From: a candidate division FCPU426 bacterium
Lineage (GTDB): Bacteria > Oederibacteriota > Muellerivitia > Muellerivitales > Muellerivitaceae
Assembly: GCA_963738405.1 (NCBI GenBank)
Contig: CAVTWJ010000016.1
Span: 33,507 to 97,506 of the forward strand
Reading direction: 5' to 3'
DNA: 64,000 nt
The notes beneath the pieces are model-generated. The model searched no databases. It saw nothing but the letters and a program-made list of their open reading frames with translations, and was not told where the DNA came from. Position 1 is the stretch's first letter. Each line of letters starts with the position of its first letter. The translations under genes were made by a program, and so were the position numbers. This document shows positions 26,286 through 38,078 of this stretch, piece by piece.

Positions 26286-27350
26286 TCAGCCTCCCTTCTG
26301 CATCATCAACAAAACACACCCCGTGAGAAGAATATTAATAATGGAGATGGGGATCAAAACTTTCCACCCGAAATCCATCAGTTGATCCACCCTCAAGCGC
26401 GGAAAAGTCCAGCGGAACGACATAATCAGGAAAATCATCGCCAGAAGTTTAAGCATGAACCATACGAACCCGGGGACCGGAAGGCCGGACATAAAGGGAA
26501 ATGGAAGCCAGCCGCCAAGGAAAACAGAAACAGCGACCGCCGAGGAAACCACAATGGCGATATATTCGCCTAAGAAAAACATCGCGAATTTAACACCGGA
26601 ATATTCGGTGTGGAACCCGCCGATGAGTTCCGATTCAGCCTCAGGAATATCAAAGGGAGCCCGGTTCGCTTCCGCAGTGGCGGAAGTGACAAAAACAAGA
26701 AATCCCACGATTTGGGGAACCACAAACCACATTCCAAGCGAATGCTGAAATTCCACGATGGCGTTCAAGCTCAAGGTGCCCGCCGTCATAATGATCGGAA
26801 CCAAAGAAAGGACAAGTGGAACCTCGTAGCTGACGATCTGTGCGGCGGATCTGAACCCGCCCAGTAGGGCAAAACGGTTATTCGAACTCCATCCTGCCGT
26901 TAAGATTGCGATCACGGTGAAGCTTGTAATGGCAACAATATAGAGTAGACCTACATTGAGATCCTGAACGACTACTCCTTTATCAAAAGGAATCACCACA
27001 AGGCCCATAAAGGTCGCCACAAAAGCGACGATGGGCGCGATGGTATAGGGAATCTTATCCCGGTGAGCGGGTTTGACATCTTCTTTAATGGTTAACTTGA
27101 TCGCGTCCGCGAGGGTCTGTAATAAACCCAAAGGGCCAACCCGATTGGGACCTATGCGGCTTTGCATGTGCGCGGAGACTTTGCGTTCCATCCAGACCAA
27201 GAACATGACGAATAGGGATGTGGCCCCAAACATCGCCACCACAATCACCACCGAATCCAAAAGGGTCGTCCACCTCGCCACTCCCAATGAGAGATAAAGC
27301 CAATGGAGCGTTTCCCCGATTTGAAAAATCAAGTTAGAGACCAGGTTCAT
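26286..27350 (-). CDS. nuoH: NADH-quinone oxidoreductase subunit H
   Basis: ERKVSAHMQSRIGPNRVGPLGLLQ, NRAPFDIPEAESELIGGFHTEYSG. Confidence 0.97.
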   Translation of the reverse strand: MNLVSNLIFQIGETLHWLYLSLGVARWTTLLDSVVIVVAMFGATSLFVMFLVWMERKVSAHMQSRIGPNRVGPLGLLQTLADAIKLTIKEDVKPAHRDKIPYTIAPIVAFVATFMGLVVIPFDKGVVVQDLNVGLLYIVAITSFTVIAILTAGWSSNNRFALLGGFRSAAQIVSYEVPLVLSLVPIIMTAGTLSLNAIVEFQHSLGMWFVVPQIVGFLVFVTSATAEANRAPFDIPEAESELIGGFHTEYSGVKFAMFFLGEYIAIVVSSAVAVSVFLGGWLPFPFMSGLPVPGFVWFMLKLLAMIFLIMSFRWTFPRLRVDQLMDFGWKVLIPISIINILLTGCVLLMMQKGG

Positions 27351-27376
27351 AATGGGAAGGGCCCTTTCATGATGGG

Positions 27377-28519
27377 TTACCGGTCAACTTCTGGGACGAT
27401 TAAATCGAAACTGCCAAGGACTGCCATGATGTCGGCGACTTTCCATCCGCGGGTCAACTGGTCGAGGAGATAAAGGTTGCTGAAGGAAGCGCAGCGGAAC
27501 TTGGCCTTCCAGGGTTTCGGAGTGCCATCCCCCACCAAATAAATGCCCATTTCCCCCCGGGAAGATTCGGTCCGCACATAAGCCTCGCTGGCCACAGGGG
27601 CCTTCAAAATAGGAGGCATCTTAGCTTCGATGGGCCCGGGTTCCAGCTTATCCAAACATTGACGGATGATGGAAACACATTCCCGCAGTTCGTTCATCCG
27701 CACTTTGTAACGGCTCCAACAATCCCCCGCCGTCTGAAGGCACTCGTTAAACTTGACTTGATCGTAATAAAGATAGGGCTGTTGTTTTCGAACATCGCAG
27801 GAAACCCCGGAACCCCGCAAGGACGGCCCCGTGAAGCCGCAGTTGATGCCGACTTCCGGGGTAACAATTCCTACCCCGCGGGACCTTTCAAGAAATATGG
27901 GGTTATAAGTTAATAAGTCCTCATACTCGTCAATCTTGGGTTCGAAATAGTCGAGAAAGGTTCGGCATTTGGCGGTAAATTCAGGAAGGATGTCGATCAT
28001 GACCCCTCCGATTCGGATGTAGTTGTAGGTAAGGCGCTGCCCGCAGGTCATTTCAAAAAGATCGAGAATACGCTCCCGTTCCCTTAAACCATACAAGAAT
28101 GGGGTCAGGGCCCCGATATCGCCCGCGAAAGCGCCAAACCATAGAAGATGGCTGGCAATACGTTGAAGTTCACAAAAAATCATTCTCAGCCATTGGGCCC
28201 TTGGAGGCGCCTGGATGCCCATCAGCTTTTCCGCAGCCAGAGCAAATGCCAGATTAACTGTCATCGCCGAAACGTAATCCACCCGATCGGTATAGGTAAT
28301 ACATTGGGGATAGGTACGGTTTTCACAGATTTTTTCGATGGATCGATGCAGATAACCCAAGACGGGCGTTGTTTGTTTTACGGTCTCGCCGTCGAGTTTG
28401 ACGATCAACCGCAATACGCCGTGGGTCGCCGGGTGTTGGGGCCCCATATTGACGACGTACTCGTCCGTGCCGATGGAAGAAACGTCCCCCTTAATTCGGC
28501 TTAACAATAAATCCGTCAT
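27377..28519 (-). CDS. nuoD: NADH-quinone oxidoreductase subunit D
   Basis: [28 protein letters not shown], ends EVDR; no Ni-binding CxxC. Confidence 0.96.
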   Translation of the reverse strand: MTDLLLSRIKGDVSSIGTDEYVVNMGPQHPATHGVLRLIVKLDGETVKQTTPVLGYLHRSIEKICENRTYPQCITYTDRVDYVSAMTVNLAFALAAEKLMGIQAPPRAQWLRMIFCELQRIASHLLWFGAFAGDIGALTPFLYGLRERERILDLFEMTCGQRLTYNYIRIGGVMIDILPEFTAKCRTFLDYFEPKIDEYEDLLTYNPIFLERSRGVGIVTPEVGINCGFTGPSLRGSGVSCDVRKQQPYLYYDQVKFNECLQTAGDCWSRYKVRMNELRECVSIIRQCLDKLEPGPIEAKMPPILKAPVASEAYVRTESSRGEMGIYLVGDGTPKPWKAKFRCASFSNLYLLDQLTRGWKVADIMAVLGSFDLIVPEVDR

Positions 28520-28964
28520 CGGAAAAATCCTTCCTGAGGGGATACTTCAAATAATCATCCGGCATCATGATGCGGCGTAAATCCGAGTGGCCGTCAAAAA
28601 TAACCCCATAAAGGTCAAACACTTCCCTTTCAAGCCAATTGGCGCTTTTCCATATATTTTCCAGCGTAGGCGCCAGGGGTGTAGCCCGGGGAACGTCCAA
28701 CTTGAGGGTCAGTTGATGTTTTTTCTTATAAGACCAAAGGTGGGAAACCACCGTGATTTTATTTTCTTTTGGGTAATCCACTGCTGTCAAATTGGAAAGG
28801 TGGTCAAAGTCGAATTCATTGTTTTCTTTTAAGGACTTTGCCAAAAAAAGGTAGGTTTCCGATTTGGAGGTTATGATTACTTCTCCCTGAGGAGACAGGG
28901 CCACTGATAAAATCGAATCCTTAAAATCGGTTTCGACTTTATTTTTGAGATCTTCGTTCGTCAT
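28491..28964 (-). CDS. nuoC: NADH-quinone oxidoreductase subunit C
   Basis: [28 protein letters not shown]. Confidence 0.95.
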   Translation of the reverse strand: MTNEDLKNKVETDFKDSILSVALSPQGEVIITSKSETYLFLAKSLKENNEFDFDHLSNLTAVDYPKENKITVVSHLWSYKKKHQLTLKLDVPRATPLAPTLENIWKSANWLEREVFDLYGVIFDGHSDLRRIMMPDDYLKYPLRKDFSDDGFIVKPN

Positions 28965-28993
28965 TTAAATAATTCCTTAAAATAGCGAATAAT

Positions 28994-29536
28994 TCAAACG
29001 CCTCGCCGTCTGCGAAAAACCGGCTCATCATCTATTTTCTTTTGGATGGCCATCAAACCATGGATCAACGATTCGGGTCTCGGCGGGCATCCAGGAACGT
29101 AAACATCCACCGGCACAAAGGAATCAATTCCCTTCACAACAGTATAGGAATCGTAATAGTAGGGACCGCCGGCTATCGTACAGCTTCCCATTGCGATCAC
29201 CCAGCTGGGTTTTGGCATTTGTTCATATAGCCGTTTAAGGGCATATCCCATTTTTTCCGTAATCGTCCCGGCGGCGATTAAGAGATCCGCTTGCCTGGGG
29301 GAAGGCCTGAAAACCTCGGCCCCAAAGCGGGCCAAATCATAACGCCCCCCAGCCGTTGCCATCATTTCGATGGCACAGCAAGCCGTTCCAAACTGAAGAG
29401 GCCACAATGAATTTTTTCTGGCCCATTTAAAAATAAACCCCATGGCCTTTTCTAAGGTCCAAAGGCCCGGGATCTTGCTTTCATCTTCCATGAGTTGTAT
29501 TTCGGATTTAGAAATGCCCGGCAGGGTTAATCCCAT
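28994..29536 (-). CDS. nuoB: NADH-quinone oxidoreductase subunit B
   Basis: [29 protein letters not shown]; start MGLTLPG after GGAGG. Confidence 0.96.
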   Translation of the reverse strand: MGLTLPGISKSEIQLMEDESKIPGLWTLEKAMGFIFKWARKNSLWPLQFGTACCAIEMMATAGGRYDLARFGAEVFRPSPRQADLLIAAGTITEKMGYALKRLYEQMPKPSWVIAMGSCTIAGGPYYYDSYTVVKGIDSFVPVDVYVPGCPPRPESLIHGLMAIQKKIDDEPVFRRRRGV

Positions 29537-29907
29537 TTCAACGCCTCCTTTTTCCAGGCATAGGCCAAGCCCACGAGAAGAATGGCAATAAAAACAACCA
29601 TTTCTCCGAAGCCAAAAACGCCCAATTGCCGGAAAGAAAGGGCCCATGGGTATAAAAAAACCGTTTCGATGTCGAAGATAACGAAAAGGAGAGCATAAAG
29701 ATAAAAGCTTACGTTGAATCGAATCCATGAGGTGCCGTAGGTTTCCACACCGCATTCGTAGGTATCGACAAGGACATCTTTTTTATATTTGTATTGAAGC
29801 CCTAAAAGTCCGTTGGGGCTTAGAGCCCAACCTGTCACGAAAGCCATCACGATGAAAAATATTCCCGCCAAAAGGAAAACCAAAACGCTGCCATATTGCT
29901 CCAACAT
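29527..29907 (-). CDS. nuoA: NADH-quinone oxidoreductase subunit A
   Basis: [33 protein letters not shown]. Confidence 0.96.
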   Translation of the reverse strand: MLEQYGSVLVFLLAGIFFIVMAFVTGWALSPNGLLGLQYKYKKDVLVDTYECGVETYGTSWIRFNVSFYLYALLFVIFDIETVFLYPWALSFRQLGVFGFGEMVVFIAILLVGLAYAWKKEALKWD

Positions 29908-29951
29908 CAGCGCCCCCCTCTTTGGTTAATGATTGGCCCCGAACAACGTAT

Positions 29952-29980
29952 TCTATACATACGTCGCAGTAAAATATCAA
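29952..29980 (-). promoter_or_regulatory. Candidate sigma70 promoter of the nuo operon
   Basis: TTGATA-17 nt-TATAGA on the minus strand; ACGTAT/ATACGT inverted repeat brackets the -10. Confidence 0.5.
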
Positions 29981-29997
29981 GCTTAACCCCGAGAGGT

Positions 29998-30972
29998 TCA
30001 AAAATCCCGTTCGAGAATGAAATCAGCAAATTGAAGCAATTCGGTATTGTCTCCTCGTCCGTTCAAACCGCGCAATGAAGATTTGGCTTCTTCCGCGAAT
30101 CGGCGTGCGACGCCGACTGAATAGGCGATAGCGTCATATTTTCTCAAAAGCTTTCCTAAAAAAGAAATATCGGAGGCCGTTTTCACTTTTTTCAGTATTC
30201 CAGCCTTAAGTCGTTTGTTTTCGGCGGCAGTGGCATTCGCCATGCAGTGAAGCACCGGCAAGGTCAATTTTCCTTCGCGCAAATCGCTCATAACCGGTTT
30301 ACCAACCCGAGAAGCTTTTCCCACAAAATCCAAAGTGTCATCAATGATTTGAAAGGCCATCCCAACACCCAAACCAAAATTGTAAAGGCTTTGGACGGTT
30401 GTTTTGTCACCACCCATCAGCATTGCTGAAGATTGACAACTGGCCGCAAGGAGAGAGGCGGTTTTTTCGCGGACCACTTGAAAATACTGTTCTTGTGTTA
30501 GACCCACATTAAAGCGGTGGAAGGTTTCAGAAATTTCACCACGGCAAATGATATTGGTTGTATCTGCCAAGGTTCCGAGAACTTCCTTCGGAAGATGTTT
30601 AGCCATCAAATAAAAGGAGGAGGCAAAGACATAATCACCCATTAAGACTGAAATTTCATTTCCCCACTTAAAGTTGAGAGTCTTTTGCTTCCGACGAATT
30701 GCAGAGTTGTCGATAATATCGTCATGGACCAGAGTGGCGACATGAATCATTTCAAGCGCAGCGCCCAAATATAACGTTTCCTCTTTCACTTTTCCGCAAT
30801 AACGCGCCGAGAGAATAGCCAAGGCCGGTCGAGCTCTTTTACCTGCGGTTTGAGCTAAATAATCCACCATCTGTTGAATGAAAATGTTATCGGTTTTGAG
30901 TGATTCGGCTATGACTTTTTCAACGCGGTCTAAATCTTTTTGGATGGGATAGGTTAATTGCTTGAGGTCCAC
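29998..30972 (-). CDS. Polyprenyl diphosphate synthase (long-chain)
   Basis: GKRARP, HVATLVHDDIID, RR, FQIIDD, GKPVMSDLREGKLTLP; start uncertain (GTG 30972 or 31002). Confidence 0.93.
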   Translation of the reverse strand: MDLKQLTYPIQKDLDRVEKVIAESLKTDNIFIQQMVDYLAQTAGKRARPALAILSARYCGKVKEETLYLGAALEMIHVATLVHDDIIDNSAIRRKQKTLNFKWGNEISVLMGDYVFASSFYLMAKHLPKEVLGTLADTTNIICRGEISETFHRFNVGLTQEQYFQVVREKTASLLAASCQSSAMLMGGDKTTVQSLYNFGLGVGMAFQIIDDTLDFVGKASRVGKPVMSDLREGKLTLPVLHCMANATAAENKRLKAGILKKVKTASDISFLGKLLRKYDAIAYSVGVARRFAEEAKSSLRGLNGRGDNTELLQFADFILERDF

Positions 30973-31082
30973 AAACTCTCGCTTGAAAAAAATAAACCGC
31001 AACGCGGAACAGCATTAAACTTTGATCAGGGCCAGTATTCAAGACTTCCGTGAATGAAATGCGGAAAGGGCGGGAGTAAAGA

Positions 31083-31739
31083 TCACTCCCCAAACTGTTC
31101 TTTCATCTCAAGAAACTTGATGAACTGCTCCAAACTTGCCAAGCTTGTTACTTGAATCGCTTCCCCGTTTAGGTTAATAACCCGGGCTTTTAGAAGCCGA
31201 TCGACTACTTCTCGCGTCTTGGCTTGATCCAGTCCGCACATTTTGCTTAATTCCGATACGGTAAAGTTGATATTCATTGCGATACCGCCCGGGCCTTCCT
31301 CTCCATGCTTATGAACGACCAATAAAATGGTGTTGGCCACGAGCCTGTTGGCATCTTTAATCATCAAGTTTGCGATTTGTTGATTCGCTTCGCGAAGGCG
31401 AGAGGTCAAATTTTTGAGTATCTTTTTGACAATCTTCGGATTGGTCTGCATGTGCATCTCAAACACTTCTTCGTCGAGCGCAATGAGCCGCGATGAATCC
31501 TGTGATATCGCGTTTGCCGAACGAACATCCTTATCGATGACTGCCATTTCCCCAAAAAAATCACCCGGTCCAAGAATGACCAAAGTCTTTTCGACTCCAT
31601 CTTTCAATTGTTTTGTGATTTTGACCTTCCCAGATTGAATGATGAACATTTCATTGCCGACATCCCCCTCACGGAAAATGACATCCCCGGGGTTATAGGA
31701 TCGACCGCATCTTTCGAATATTTCCTGTTCGGAACTCAT
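31083..31739 (-). CDS. Crp/Fnr-family cNMP-binding regulator
   Basis: IFREGD, GDFFGEMA, RSANA; C-terminal HTH-like FTVSELSKMCG. Confidence 0.9.
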   Translation of the reverse strand: MSSEQEIFERCGRSYNPGDVIFREGDVGNEMFIIQSGKVKITKQLKDGVEKTLVILGPGDFFGEMAVIDKDVRSANAISQDSSRLIALDEEVFEMHMQTNPKIVKKILKNLTSRLREANQQIANLMIKDANRLVANTILLVVHKHGEEGPGGIAMNINFTVSELSKMCGLDQAKTREVVDRLLKARVINLNGEAIQVTSLASLEQFIKFLEMKEQFGE

Positions 31740-31775
31740 TGTAGCCGCCTTTTCTCAGTCCACTAAAACCAAGGA

Positions 31776-31803
31776 ATTTTAACAAACACCCTTCCCCTGT
31801 CAA
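31776..31803 (-). promoter_or_regulatory. Candidate sigma70 promoter of the Crp/Fnr gene
   Basis: TTGACA-16 nt-TAAAAT with TG extension. Confidence 0.5.
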
Positions 31804-31994
31804 GGGAAGCGCCAATCAACTTGACCCTTTACCCTCATAAAAGCCTAGGCTTACGGTATGGGGTACCATCCCTCAAACTTCTATTGATACTTTTGAAAAG
31901 TTCGTTATTTATAAGAAAGCCCGGAAGGTCAACCCACCGCCGATTTAATCAAAGTTTAACCCAAAAGGAATTACAAATCAGGCAGACTGAAAAC

Positions 31995-32951
31995 TCAAAA
32001 ATAGAAGTCGAGTGCGAAATGATGATTAGGCCCTAAAACACCTAAGTTTTGCCATGCATAATCGATTCCAACGTAATTACTAAAGGCGGGAATTTTAACA
32101 CCTGCGCCAAGGGTTAGACCCGCCAAACCACCAACTCCCAATTGGTTTTGGTCCAAGCTGCCTTGAAACTCGTAGCCGAATCGACCCACAAGGGTATCTT
32201 GATACCAATATTCACCACCCAAGTTAACCATAATGGCATTGTCGTTCGGAAAATTCATATCGTAAGCCAAAGTGAAATTATCATCAAAGAGACGATAGGC
32301 TAACCCAACCTTGAAATTAAGGGGCAATGGATCAGAGACCTGATCAAATTTCATTCCGGGGCCAAGGTTTTGAACATCTAGCCCTGCGGTCAAATGGGGA
32401 ACTGGAGATCGATACATAAGGCCAAAATCAAAAGCGATGTCGGAGGCGTTACTTACCGATGCTAAACTTTTCGAGATGTACTTCGCAACCAAACCAATAT
32501 CGAAGTAATAACTTAGCCGGTAGGCACCTGCCAGATCCACATCAAAATAATTTTCCCCTACGGAACCAGGGATGATATTTCCCCCGCCGTCGGTAGCGGG
32601 ATCGGTTCCAGTACCCAAGACTTTTGCCGAGGCGCCGAAAGCCGCGTCATTTCCTAACTTAGTTCCGATGGCAAAATAACTATATTGAACTGTTTCAATA
32701 AACAAATCGTATTGAGCTGTAAAGTGTGTCCCGCCTAGCTGCATCAAGCCAGCCGGATTCCAATAAACGGCATTCGCGTCATTTGCTACGGCCACAAAGG
32801 CATCCCCCATCGCGATCGCCCGTGGTCCCACCGGAATTTTTAACTCAACTGCTGCGGTACTGCCCGGCCCTCCTTGGGCGAAAAGCGGGGAATAGATTGA
32901 TAACAATATCAATAAACTGAGAAACGGAATGGGGTTGGATAGCCTTTTCAA
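31995..32951 (-). CDS. PorV/PorQ-family (UPF0164/FadL-like) outer-membrane protein
   Basis: GPRAIAMGDAFVAVANDANAVYWNPAGL; terminal aromatic strand FALDFYF. Confidence 0.85.
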   Translation of the reverse strand: MKRLSNPIPFLSLLILLSIYSPLFAQGGPGSTAAVELKIPVGPRAIAMGDAFVAVANDANAVYWNPAGLMQLGGTHFTAQYDLFIETVQYSYFAIGTKLGNDAAFGASAKVLGTGTDPATDGGGNIIPGSVGENYFDVDLAGAYRLSYYFDIGLVAKYISKSLASVSNASDIAFDFGLMYRSPVPHLTAGLDVQNLGPGMKFDQVSDPLPLNFKVGLAYRLFDDNFTLAYDMNFPNDNAIMVNLGGEYWYQDTLVGRFGYEFQGSLDQNQLGVGGLAGLTLGAGVKIPAFSNYVGIDYAWQNLGVLGPNHHFALDFYF

Positions 32952-33005
32952 ATCTTTTCACTCCTTAAATTTCATAAAAATTATATCCCTTCACGGAAAT
33001 ACCCG

Positions 33006-35885
33006 TCAATGCGGATTTCCCCGTTCCCCGGCGACCTTTCCGGTAGTTCGAAGGCGTTTTTCGTCCTTTTGGATCTTTTCGGCCAGGTATTTCCCTGTAT
33101 GGGACTTGGAATTGGACATTATTTCCTGGACGGTACCCGAAACCACCACCTGTCCTCCTTCATCGCCTCCCTCGGGCCCCAAGTCGATGACATGATCTGC
33201 GGTTTTGATGACATCAAGATTATGTTCGATCACAACGACAGTATTTCCTGCCTCCACCAATTTTTTAAGAACTTTTATTAAATGGTCCACATCCGCGAAA
33301 TGAAGTCCCGTCGTCGGCTCATCCAAGATATAAAAAGTTCGGCCGGTGGCCCTTTTCCCAAGCTCGGTTGATAATTTAACCCTTTGCGCTTCCCCACCCG
33401 ACAAGGTAGTGGCGGGTTGTCCAAGATGGATATATCCCAGCCCCACATCCCGGAGAGTTTCCAATATTTTTTTTATTTTGGGAATCGGAGAAAAAAACTC
33501 AAGCGCCTCCAAAATGCTCATCTGCAGGACTTCCGCTATATTTTTTCCCTTATATTGAATCTCCAATGTTTCACGATTATAACGTTTCCCTTTGCACACC
33601 TCGCATGGGACATAAACATCCGGTAGAAAATGCATTTCTATTTTAAGAACCCCATCGCCCTCGCAGGCCTCACAGCGGCCGCCTTTAACATTGAAACTAA
33701 ACCGTCCATCCTTATAACCGCGGGCCCGCGCCTCAGGAAGATGGGCGAATAAATCTCGGACATGGGCAAAAAGACCCGTATAGGTTGCAGGGTTCGAACG
33801 TGGAGTGCGGCCAATAGGCGATTGATCGATTTCAATAACCTTGTCTACATTCTCAACGCCCTCCAAAGAAACAAACCCTTCCGGTTTCATTCGAAGCCCA
33901 AAAAGAGTGTGCATCAGCGCCGGATAAAGCGTCTCCATCACAAGCGTGCTTTTTCCAGAGCCCGAAACGCCTGTTACTGCCAAAAAAACCCCTAATGGAA
34001 ATTCAACTGTCAAATTTTTAAGGTTGTTCTTATTTGCGCCAGTCAAAACAAGTTGTTTCTCAAAAGACCGTTTCAATTTTAAATTAGGCTCAATGAAACG
34101 TCGGCCAGAGAGATAGGCCCCCGTGAGAGATCGTGGGCATTCTAGAATCTTTTTAAGATTTCCAACAGCCACTACCTCCCCCCCCTCTATTCCGGCCCCG
34201 ACTCCCATATCAATGATATAGTCAGCCGCCTCAATTGTGTCCTCATCATGCTCAACTACAATTACGGTGTTTCCAATATCCCGTAAATGCGTGAGTGTTT
34301 CTAAGAGCCTAACATTGTCTCGTTGGTGCAATCCGATTGAGGGTTCATCCAAAATGTACAACACTCCAACCAAAGCGCTGCCAATTTGTGTCGCAAGATG
34401 AATCCTTTGAGCCTCGCCGCCGGATAGCGACGCGGTCATACGATCAAGAGTTAGATAATTGAGGCCCACATTTTTTAAAAAGCCGAGTCGATTACGTATC
34501 TCTTTGAAAATTTGAACCCCAATGGCGCTTTCTCTTTGATCTAACACCAGGGTTTCAAAAAAAATCAGACATTGCTGAACTGACAATCGAGTAAGTTCTA
34601 TGATATTTTTCCCGCGGATCGTTACCGCTAAGCTTTCAGGCTTCAGGCGAGTGCCTTTGCAAGAACGGCACGGCTTACTGACAAGATACTTCTCGATTTC
34701 CTCACGAATAGATTCTGAATCCGTCTCGTGATAACGTCGTTCTAAGTTGGGAAGAACCCCCTCGAAGGGACCGGAAAATCTTTGACGGTAAGTACCCTTT
34801 AAAATCTTAAATTCAATTTCTTCCTGGCTTCCAAAAAGAATTGCGTTTTGTACTTTTGACGGCAGTTTTTTAAAGGGAACGTTTTGAGAGACCTTGAAAT
34901 GTTGGCAAACCCCATCCAAAAGGTTTTGATAATAAAGAGCCTTGGGGGAGCTGTAGGGTTCCACCGCGCCTTCGGCAATGGATTTTTCGGAATCCACTAC
35001 CAAAGTTTCATCCGCTTCCATTTTATGGCCCATTCCAGTGCAAGCTGGACAAGCCCCGTGGGGATTATTGAATGAAAAATTTCGAGGCGCCGGTTCCTCA
35101 ACACTTATCCCACAATGAACGCATGCAAAACGTTCGGAAAAAAGATGTGCCTTTTCCTCTTTGCCGGTTCCCTCCAGTATCTTGACAACCCCTTCGCCCA
35201 ACTTGAGCGCGGTTTCGAGAGAATCTGTTAGTCTTTTTTTGATTTCAGGTTTTAAAACGAGACGATCGACCACCACTTCAATGTCATGTTTTTTGTTCTT
35301 CTCCAGCGGAAAATCTTCTTCTAAATCACGAATCACCCCATCTACTCGAATGCGAACAAATCCATCCTTCCTTACTTGATCAATAATCTTTTTATATTCC
35401 CCTTTTCGGCTCGAAATAAGAGGCGCAAGTAGATGCAATTTACTTCCGGTTCTAAGCGACAAGACTTGATCAACAATTTGCTGAACCGTTTGACGGCTTA
35501 TAGGACGCGCGCATTGCGGACAATGCGGTGTTCCAATGCGGGCAAAGAGTAATCGTAGATAATCGTAAATCTCCGTAGTTGTCGCAATGGTCGATCTCGG
35601 ATTTTTACTTCCCGCTTTCTGCTGAATGGCGACGGCTGGCGAGAGGCCCTCGATCATATCAACGTCAGGTTTTTCCATTAGACCTAAGAATTGCCGCGCA
35701 TATGCCGAAAGGGATTCAACATACCTTCGCTGACCTTCAGCAAAAAGTGTGTCAAAGGCAAGCGATGACTTTCCAGAACCGGATACACCCGTTAAAACCA
35801 CTAGCCGGTCCCGCGGCATTTCCACGGTAATGTTTTTAAGGTTATGTTCCCTGGCGCCGCTTACATAAATGGTGTCGCGTTTCAT
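33006..35885 (-). CDS. uvrA: Excinuclease ABC subunit A
   Basis: GAREHNLKN, two Walker A (GVSGSGKS), zinc-finger Cys pairs, LSGGEAQR twice. Confidence 0.98.
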   Translation of the reverse strand: MKRDTIYVSGAREHNLKNITVEMPRDRLVVLTGVSGSGKSSLAFDTLFAEGQRRYVESLSAYARQFLGLMEKPDVDMIEGLSPAVAIQQKAGSKNPRSTIATTTEIYDYLRLLFARIGTPHCPQCARPISRQTVQQIVDQVLSLRTGSKLHLLAPLISSRKGEYKKIIDQVRKDGFVRIRVDGVIRDLEEDFPLEKNKKHDIEVVVDRLVLKPEIKKRLTDSLETALKLGEGVVKILEGTGKEEKAHLFSERFACVHCGISVEEPAPRNFSFNNPHGACPACTGMGHKMEADETLVVDSEKSIAEGAVEPYSSPKALYYQNLLDGVCQHFKVSQNVPFKKLPSKVQNAILFGSQEEIEFKILKGTYRQRFSGPFEGVLPNLERRYHETDSESIREEIEKYLVSKPCRSCKGTRLKPESLAVTIRGKNIIELTRLSVQQCLIFFETLVLDQRESAIGVQIFKEIRNRLGFLKNVGLNYLTLDRMTASLSGGEAQRIHLATQIGSALVGVLYILDEPSIGLHQRDNVRLLETLTHLRDIGNTVIVVEHDEDTIEAADYIIDMGVGAGIEGGEVVAVGNLKKILECPRSLTGAYLSGRRFIEPNLKLKRSFEKQLVLTGANKNNLKNLTVEFPLGVFLAVTGVSGSGKSTLVMETLYPALMHTLFGLRMKPEGFVSLEGVENVDKVIEIDQSPIGRTPRSNPATYTGLFAHVRDLFAHLPEARARGYKDGRFSFNVKGGRCEACEGDGVLKIEMHFLPDVYVPCEVCKGKRYNRETLEIQYKGKNIAEVLQMSILEALEFFSPIPKIKKILETLRDVGLGYIHLGQPATTLSGGEAQRVKLSTELGKRATGRTFYILDEPTTGLHFADVDHLIKVLKKLVEAGNTVVVIEHNLDVIKTADHVIDLGPEGGDEGGQVVVSGTVQEIMSNSKSHTGKYLAEKIQKDEKRLRTTGKVAGERGNPH

Positions 35886-35972
35886 GTTTTACCTCATCGG
35901 GAATGCAGGACGAATTTGGGCAAAGGGAAACTATCCGACTTGTCGGGTTCTTTTTCAAGCGGTTATAAAGGA

Positions 35973-38078
35973 TTACTGAAATTGAGTGGCGGCTCCCGTC
36001 AACCCCTGGTTCCGTACTCCGTTGATTTGTTGTAGCTGGGCATTGGAAACCGAAAGGGGTCTTCCTGGAAGGGCTTTTAAATTCAATGTGAACATTAGCT
36101 GTTCCCCGTTAAAAGGATCGTCCGTATAGGTAATTTGAGCTTCCCAATCATGCAGATCGCGATAAAGACTAATGCTCCTGGATTCAAGTTTCGCATTCGT
36201 GACGTCATAACTTTCCAAAAAAGCCATTCGATAATTAGTAAAGAATGCGAAGTCCACCTCTCCGGCCATATCAAAGCTAGGCGGAACGCCCATGGAGATA
36301 AAGCCAGTATTGGAAACATTTGGGTCAACAAAATTGCCGGATAATCTAAACCTCCACATATCGTTCTTACTCTTTAAGTCTAGGACCGAATTAACATCTT
36401 TTAAGGCATTGGCATTAATTGAATAATCAAAAATCGCCAAATAATCAAAAAGGCTTGAGGGCGTAAGATAGAATTCTTGGCGCAGATATGAAAAGCGCGC
36501 TGAATCGGCACCTACTTGAGCATTGAAATCATAGGAGGTGCTGGTTCTGGCGCGAAAATAAGTCCCTCCGTCAAATTCAAGGGATCCACTCAATAGATTG
36601 GAAGTAATTCCGTGGGGCGGATCGCTGGATTGAAGGTTGTTTAGCTTTTGGGCATAGGTGTAAGAAAGAGAAGTATTAAAATAATCCGTCCATCGTCCGC
36701 TCCAGGTATTGTTTAGATTCACACTGTGTGTTTCACCGACGTTTGTACCGTTAACATCCGCGATGTCTTGAAAATTCTCATCCCAAGCCGCGCGGGTATA
36801 CAGGGTTTGAGTTGAAAGTAAAAGAAGACTCTGACTTAGTCCATATTCCCCAGATAAGTGATTGACAAAATAATTATCCGCCAATGTCCAAGTGTGATCA
36901 CCATTTAAGGTCAAATCCCATTTCAGCCAATTGCTTCCAATCAATCTTTGAGGGAAAAGGCTAAAGCCCACTTGAGGCAAATTTTCAAGATTTCTTTGGA
37001 AATTAGTCTCATTGGGATCGTTGGGATCTCCGAAATTCGGGCTTTCCTGTTGCCGCAGAAAAAGACTAAGCGAGTACTGGGTTTTGCTCAAAGTGGCCGA
37101 AAGATCATATTCACGATAAGTCGAAACAAGTGAGGGATCTCTCCTAGCGACTGAATAATCCGAACTAAAAAAACCATCTCCCGGAATATCAGCCTCAAGC
37201 CTTCCTTGCAGGCTGGATGAAATAGCCCACAGGCCTCTCGCACGGGATTCCCATCGAAAACGTTGGCTGTTGCCTTCCTGAATCCCATACCCATAAAGTG
37301 AAAGAACAGAATAATCATTCAAGGCAATTTCATGTCGCAAACCTAAGCCCAAACCCGTCTTTGCGAAATAATCGAGGTAAAGTGCCCCGTAGCTCTTGGG
37401 ATTAAGCAGATAACTCGTTGTCACCAAAAGATAATTCCCAAGATACTCCGTTTGCCCCGTTGAAACGGAAAAAGGCGTGGAAAGGTCATGAATCGTTCGC
37501 ACAAAAAACGGAAAGTAAAAAACAGGCACTTTCCCAATGTAAAGCACCACATTTTCAGCCACCAGATAATTACCAGAATAAATCACTATTTTATCTGCCT
37601 TCATGTGGAAGTGGCGGTAGTCTGGCTCGTAATCACAGGTTGTGGTTATGGCATCTTTGATTGTCACCTTTTGTGGTTCCATATCAATTTCGCTCCCAGT
37701 GCTAATCCAGGGAGGTGATGTTGTCCTGATGTCAAAAGCTTTTCCCATTTGAGTCTTTAAATTGTATGTAAGACTTTGAGCCTCGATTTCTTCGCTTTCG
37801 TTCTGCCAAACGACATGCCCTTCAGCGTGAACGTCTTGAGCCACAACATCGTATCGGATCTTGTCTGAATAGAGATGAACCGTCCCTTGTTGAATATGGA
37901 CATTGCCGTTAGCGACGACCAGATCTTGATCCCTTAGGTATTGAATATAATCCGCTTGAATTTTGACATTAGAATTTAGGGTAAAGGAAAGTTCGGCATT
38001 GGCCGTGAAAAAAATATTCAAATAAATAAAAAAAACAGAAATTAAAATACTTTTAAAATAACAACGAGGATTCCTCAT
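35973..38078 (-). CDS. lptD: LPS-assembly protein LptD-like
   Basis: OstA-like N-domain (ANGNVHI, AEGHV, TTCD, VPVFYFP), beta-barrel, YRDLHDWE; start 38078 overlaps the lptF stop. Confidence 0.8.
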   Translation of the reverse strand: MRNPRCYFKSILISVFFIYLNIFFTANAELSFTLNSNVKIQADYIQYLRDQDLVVANGNVHIQQGTVHLYSDKIRYDVVAQDVHAEGHVVWQNESEEIEAQSLTYNLKTQMGKAFDIRTTSPPWISTGSEIDMEPQKVTIKDAITTTCDYEPDYRHFHMKADKIVIYSGNYLVAENVVLYIGKVPVFYFPFFVRTIHDLSTPFSVSTGQTEYLGNYLLVTTSYLLNPKSYGALYLDYFAKTGLGLGLRHEIALNDYSVLSLYGYGIQEGNSQRFRWESRARGLWAISSSLQGRLEADIPGDGFFSSDYSVARRDPSLVSTYREYDLSATLSKTQYSLSLFLRQQESPNFGDPNDPNETNFQRNLENLPQVGFSLFPQRLIGSNWLKWDLTLNGDHTWTLADNYFVNHLSGEYGLSQSLLLLSTQTLYTRAAWDENFQDIADVNGTNVGETHSVNLNNTWSGRWTDYFNTSLSYTYAQKLNNLQSSDPPHGITSNLLSGSLEFDGGTYFRARTSTSYDFNAQVGADSARFSYLRQEFYLTPSSLFDYLAIFDYSINANALKDVNSVLDLKSKNDMWRFRLSGNFVDPNVSNTGFISMGVPPSFDMAGEVDFAFFTNYRMAFLESYDVTNAKLESRSISLYRDLHDWEAQITYTDDPFNGEQLMFTLNLKALPGRPLSVSNAQLQQINGVRNQGLTGAATQFQ

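Noticed and set aside
28491..28519. Frameshifted nuoCD fusion
   Set aside because: Both genes look complete with normal termini; a 29-nt overlap is unremarkable.
27377..29536. Group 4 [NiFe]-hydrogenase instead of complex I
   Set aside because: The large subunit lacks both Ni-binding CxxC motifs, and NuoB has the tandem CC of complex I.
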